From IMG/VR virus record IMGVR_UViG_2974569193_000001, positions 108,702 to 172,701 of that record: a stretch of DNA of 64,000 bases; one strand, written 5' to 3'. The stretch is from a virus (taxonomy: Duplodnaviria > Heunggongvirae > Uroviricota > Caudoviricetes). Below the pieces are notes generated by a model. It made no database searches. It saw nothing but the letters and a program-made list of their open reading frames with translations, and had not been told where the DNA came from. The translations under genes and the position numbers were made by a program. Shown piece after piece: positions 60,937 through 64,000 of this stretch; the first letter of the stretch is position 1, and every line of letters begins with the position of its first letter.

Positions 60937-61427
60937 CCCGCAGCACCGCCGAAATCATCGCCCGCATCGAGGCCCTGGAGAACGACCTCTCGGACTTCTT
61001 CGGCTTCCAGAAGGGCGATCTGATCTGCTACCTGCCGTTCGACGACGCCAAGCGCTGGCTCAACGACAAGGCCTCGGCCGACGCCTGGGAGCCGAACGTC
61101 AACACGCCCGAGGCGATCAAGTCGTCGATCTACGACTACATGTCGTTCGCCTGGGACAAGGCCAACAACTGCCGGGGGCTGTCGGCCGGTCGCTCCATCG
61201 ACCACATGAAGGCGTGGCTCTGGCTGCTGGGCGAAGACGAGGCGTGGGTCGAGGCCCTGCGGCTCGACAACTACAACATGTACGGCAAGCCCCAGCTTCG
61301 TGCGATCTGCGAGCGCTTCGGTTGGGACTGGACCAAATGGGATGACGGGTCCTGGACCAACAGCGAAGGCGAGGCCGGATACGGCCCTGATCAAGTCCCG
61401 CGCGTCGGCGTCGTCGAGCCGGCCTAA
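60933..61427 (+). CDS. hypothetical protein
   Basis: 164 aa; ATGA overlap with the upstream gene. Confidence 0.5.
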   Translation: MTRSTAEIIARIEALENDLSDFFGFQKGDLICYLPFDDAKRWLNDKASADAWEPNVNTPEAIKSSIYDYMSFAWDKANNCRGLSAGRSIDHMKAWLWLLGEDEAWVEALRLDNYNMYGKPQLRAICERFGWDWTKWDDGSWTNSEGEAGYGPDQVPRVGVVEPA

Positions 61428-61447
61428 ACACTCCGCTGGCGTTAGAG

Positions 61448-61506
61448 TGTTGACAGTCGTCGGGGCCTCCTCTATAGACACGCTCGACGACAACGAGGAG
61501 GCCCCG
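61448..61506 (+). promoter_or_regulatory. canonical cassette promoter with an 11-bp inverted repeat around the -10 and +1
   Basis: GTGTTGACAG, then TCGTC-GGGGCCTCCTC-TATAGA-CACGCT-CGACGACAAC-GAGGAGGCCCC-G-ATG. GGGGCCTCCTC (61461-61471) and GAGGAGGCCCC (61495-61505) are perfect reverse complements. Confidence 0.6.
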
Positions 61507-63288
61507 ATGACCACCGAGACCATGACCCTGAGCTTCCGGATCGAAGGCGCTGCGCTCGTTGAGCGCGCCCGCGATCGCGTCATCGAAGGCAACTGGGAGC
61601 ACGGCCTGCGCATCCTCGTCGAGGGTCTGCACGGCATGACCTATGACTACGCCATCGACATCCTCAGGGGCAAATACACGCTGGGCGGCTGGTCCTCGGA
61701 CCCCGAGGGCGTCTATCTCGCCGACCAGGACCCCGAGGACGAGACCTTCAGGCGCTACAAGGAGACCTTCGACTACCAGTTCGGCGCCGTCCTGAAGATG
61801 GACGATGGTCGCATCATGCGGCCCTACGCGGTGGTCGACAGCTACTCCAAACTCGATTTCGATTCGCGCGTGCGCCACCTGCGCCTAGCCCCCGGCTCGG
61901 ACCCGGTCCACGTCCGTCCCAAGCGGTTCCGTGACGTGCGCGCCGAACTCGATGGCGAGCAGATCGACTGGGCCTATCGCTCGCTCCACTACGCCGACAA
62001 CCCGACCCAGGACATCGCCAAGCTGGTGACGCTGGACGGATATCACCCGACCCACCGGATGGTCGTGCTGTTCGAAGAGGTCCGGGACTACCCCAAGCTC
62101 CTGAAGCCGTCGGTCGAGACCGACGCCCAGAAGGTGGTCGATCTGGCCCTAAAGTGCGGGCGCGGGCTCAACAAGCGCGGGCACATCTACGATCACGGCG
62201 AGCCGGGCGTGACGGACGAGTACATGTACGGCACGACCAAGACGGTCGACAACGTCCCCGGCGCCTGGACCCTGCGGAACCCGAACTACATCGCCCCCGC
62301 CACCGCGAGCCTGACCGAGGCTGTCGCCGGCGCCAACAAGGTCTCGGCCGTCAAGGCGATCGAAGCCGTCGGCGGCCCTATGGACGAGGTCGGAGCCATG
62401 AACCGGCTGATCAAGGATCAGGTCGACGAGGGCATGACCATCAGCGCGGCCATCGACATCGCCCGCGCCCGCATGGCTCTCATGGGCGGCATGGCCGAGG
62501 ACCCAGAGCAGCGCCTGCGGGCGATCAACGACGCCTACGCCGCCAAGTATGAGCGGGCCGAGGGCCGCAGCGTCGAGGAGTACCGCAAGGCCATCCTCGC
62601 CCAGGCCGGCGACGACTTCTTCGATCTCGCGTACACGGATGTCGACGGCAAGGACGTCGTCCTGAAGGTCCCGACCGCGCCGTTCGAGCAATGGGCTCTG
62701 TGGCGCACGGCCGGCTCCCACCTCGCCAAGCCTTGGAAGCGGGTGACCTACACCGGCTTCAAGATGTTCGGCGATGATCCCTACCACACCGACTGGGTGC
62801 TGGGCGCGGGGCTCAATCCCGAGGACTGGCCGATCGTGGAGAGCGACAACCCGCCGCTCCACAAGGCCGCCTGGGACAAGCGCTTCCAGCTTGCCGAGGA
62901 AAAGCTGGGCGGCAACATGCGCGTCCTGCTTGGCAAGGGCTTCGTGACCGGCAAGATCGTGATGCTCAAGCCGGGCGAGACCCTATCGCCGGGCGAGATC
63001 GGCGTGATCCGCAACGCCGGCCCCGACTTCGTCCAGGCCGCCCAGAGCGCGATCGAGCACAACACCGCCCTGATCTGCGAGAATGGCGGCAGCGTCGCCC
63101 ACCTCGTGGTCGAGTACCTGGACAAGCCGCTGCGCCTGACCCGGATCGAGAACGCCCGCAAGATTTTCAAGGACGGCATGACCGTCTACCTCGACTTCGA
63201 CAAGTCGACGCGCACGATCGCCAAAGGCGGCCTGGGGCCGAGCCCCGCCGACCTGGGCCTGGACTCCGAATGGGAGATTGAAGAGTGA
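61507..63288 (+). CDS. protein with C-terminal PEP-utilising-enzyme mobile (phosphohistidine) domain
   Basis: 594 aa from the ATG after a cassette promoter. GKGFVTGKIVMLKPGETLSPGEIGVIRNAGPDFVQAAQSAIEHNTALICENGGSVAHLVVEYLDKPL matches the swivelling His domain of pyruvate-phosphate dikinase / PEP synthase / rifampin phosphotransferase (GG..H). The N-terminal 450 aa are unrecognised. Confidence 0.6.
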   Translation: MTTETMTLSFRIEGAALVERARDRVIEGNWEHGLRILVEGLHGMTYDYAIDILRGKYTLGGWSSDPEGVYLADQDPEDETFRRYKETFDYQFGAVLKMDDGRIMRPYAVVDSYSKLDFDSRVRHLRLAPGSDPVHVRPKRFRDVRAELDGEQIDWAYRSLHYADNPTQDIAKLVTLDGYHPTHRMVVLFEEVRDYPKLLKPSVETDAQKVVDLALKCGRGLNKRGHIYDHGEPGVTDEYMYGTTKTVDNVPGAWTLRNPNYIAPATASLTEAVAGANKVSAVKAIEAVGGPMDEVGAMNRLIKDQVDEGMTISAAIDIARARMALMGGMAEDPEQRLRAINDAYAAKYERAEGRSVEEYRKAILAQAGDDFFDLAYTDVDGKDVVLKVPTAPFEQWALWRTAGSHLAKPWKRVTYTGFKMFGDDPYHTDWVLGAGLNPEDWPIVESDNPPLHKAAWDKRFQLAEEKLGGNMRVLLGKGFVTGKIVMLKPGETLSPGEIGVIRNAGPDFVQAAQSAIEHNTALICENGGSVAHLVVEYLDKPLRLTRIENARKIFKDGMTVYLDFDKSTRTIAKGGLGPSPADLGLDSEWEIEE

Positions 63289-63578
63289 ACGACCTGACCC
63301 TGACCCTGGTGGGCTCCGACGCCCAGGACCGTTTCGCCGTCGAGACCCGCGTGGCTGACGTGCCGGGCGGCAAGCTCTACATCACCACGGCGCATGCCGG
63401 CGAGAACTCCGAGGCCATCTCGGTCGCCCAGGCCTTCGTGCCGAACCCGCCGCCGCAATTCACCGTGCAGGTCACCGACGAGGACCTGCGCGCGCTCGCC
63501 GAGTGCAGGGACGTCGCCAGGGCGCGCAGCCTGTTCCGGGGCATCCTCAAGGCGCACGGCCTGGATATCGTGGCCTGA
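63285..63578 (+). CDS. hypothetical protein
   Basis: 97 aa; GTG start overlapping the upstream TGA. Confidence 0.45.
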   Translation: MNDLTLTLVGSDAQDRFAVETRVADVPGGKLYITTAHAGENSEAISVAQAFVPNPPPQFTVQVTDEDLRALAECRDVARARSLFRGILKAHGLDIVA

Positions 63579-63757
63579 TGCCGCTCTACAGCTTCAAGGC
63601 CACGGTCACCTATCACGACGAGGTCGTCATCGACGCCGAGGACGAAGACCACGCGCGCGAACTGGTGGCGGAGACGGGCTTCACCGGAAGCCACATCGTC
63701 AGCCACGACGCCGACCTCGACCCCGAGATCAAACTCCACCTGGACGAGGAGGACTGA
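63578..63757 (+). CDS. hypothetical small acidic protein
   Basis: MPLYSFKATVTYHDEVVIDAEDEDHARELVAETGFTGSHIVSHDADLDPEIKLHLDEED; ATG overlaps the upstream TGA. Confidence 0.4.
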   Translation: MPLYSFKATVTYHDEVVIDAEDEDHARELVAETGFTGSHIVSHDADLDPEIKLHLDEED

Positions 63758-63758
63758 C

Positions 63759-64000
63759 ATGGCCGACTTCAGCAAAGCCCGCCGCACCATGGAGGCGTCC
63801 GACATCGTCGATCGCCTGAAAGCTCTCCACGACCTGGAAGATGCGCGCGACCACCCAGACGAGGAGACCAAGACCGTCCTCAAGGAGGCGGCGATCCACA
63901 TCGGCCTGTGGCATGATCAGGCCCGGCTCAATGACGACCTCGCAAAAGCTGCGTTGGCGCACGCCAACGTCTACAAGACCATCGCCCTTACGGCTTCCCA
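63759..64000 (+). CDS. hypothetical protein, 5' part only (gene runs off the right edge)
   Basis: ATG at 63759, 2 nt after the upstream stop. MADFSKARRTMEASDIVDRLKALHDLEDARDHPDEETKTVLKEAAIHIGLWHDQ... with no stop before the window end. Confidence 0.4.
   Translation, partial: MADFSKARRTMEASDIVDRLKALHDLEDARDHPDEETKTVLKEAAIHIGLWHDQARLNDDLAKAALAHANVYKTIALTAS

Noticed and set aside
1-64000. CRISPR arrays, rRNA or tRNA genes, IS elements
   Set aside because: No regularly spaced direct repeats and no transposase-like ORFs with terminal inverted repeats. All gaps longer than 80 bp were inspected and contain only promoters, terminators and hairpins.

Overview
This 64-kb window (about 65-66% GC) looks like an early or auxiliary region of a large Caulobacter-type phage, possibly a prophage segment. 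A GcrA cell-cycle regulator homologue, rIIA/rIIB, a phage-type ATP-dependent DNA ligase and very high GC are most consistent with a phiCbK-like virus; this is inference from content with no database search. Coding density is about 95%. Genes fall into a left minus-strand block (1..5403), a plus-strand block (5720..14024), a long minus-strand block (14094..56316) and a right plus-strand block (56450..64000). Recognisable products are:
- rIIA (GHKL ATPase N-box) with an rIIB-like neighbour
- a small tyrosine recombinase
- a 1218-aa replication-associated multidomain protein
- a T7-like ATP-dependent DNA ligase next to a SLOG/DUF2493 protein and a DUF1643 protein
- an HslV/proteasome-like Ntn peptidase
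- the NAD salvage pair NadV (NAMPT) and NatV (NMNAT-Nudix)
- a Pth2-type peptidyl-tRNA hydrolase
- an HD-domain small alarmone ((p)ppGpp) hydrolase
- MazG-like NTP pyrophosphohydrolase and an RtcB RNA ligase
- two HNH endonucleases (one fused to AP2)
- an SPFH/band-7 lipoprotein
- an acyl carrier protein
- DUF4326 and a HAD 5'-nucleotidase-like protein
- three XRE or winged-helix regulators
- a GcrA homologue
- a protein with a PEP-utilising-enzyme phosphohistidine domain
Many very small membrane proteins are also present, and several sub-60-aa hydrophobic ORFs missed by the ORF track are proposed.
The most striking non-coding signal is a promoter/leader cassette repeated about 20 times: GTGTTGACAG, 17 bp, TA(G/T)AAG, then a conserved CGACGACAAC-GA-AGGAGG leader ending at the start codon. 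Some copies carry unique perfect inverted repeats straddling the -10 element. GC-rich hairpin terminators (several bidirectional) punctuate the blocks. 4-nt start/stop overlaps (ATGA, GTGA, TTGA) with frequent GTG or TTG starts are pervasive.
No rRNA, tRNA, CRISPR array or obvious att repeat was seen. The long antisense ORFs in the six-frame track are GC artefacts. Functions are inferred from remembered family motifs only; coordinates of non-coding elements are approximate to within about 2 bp.
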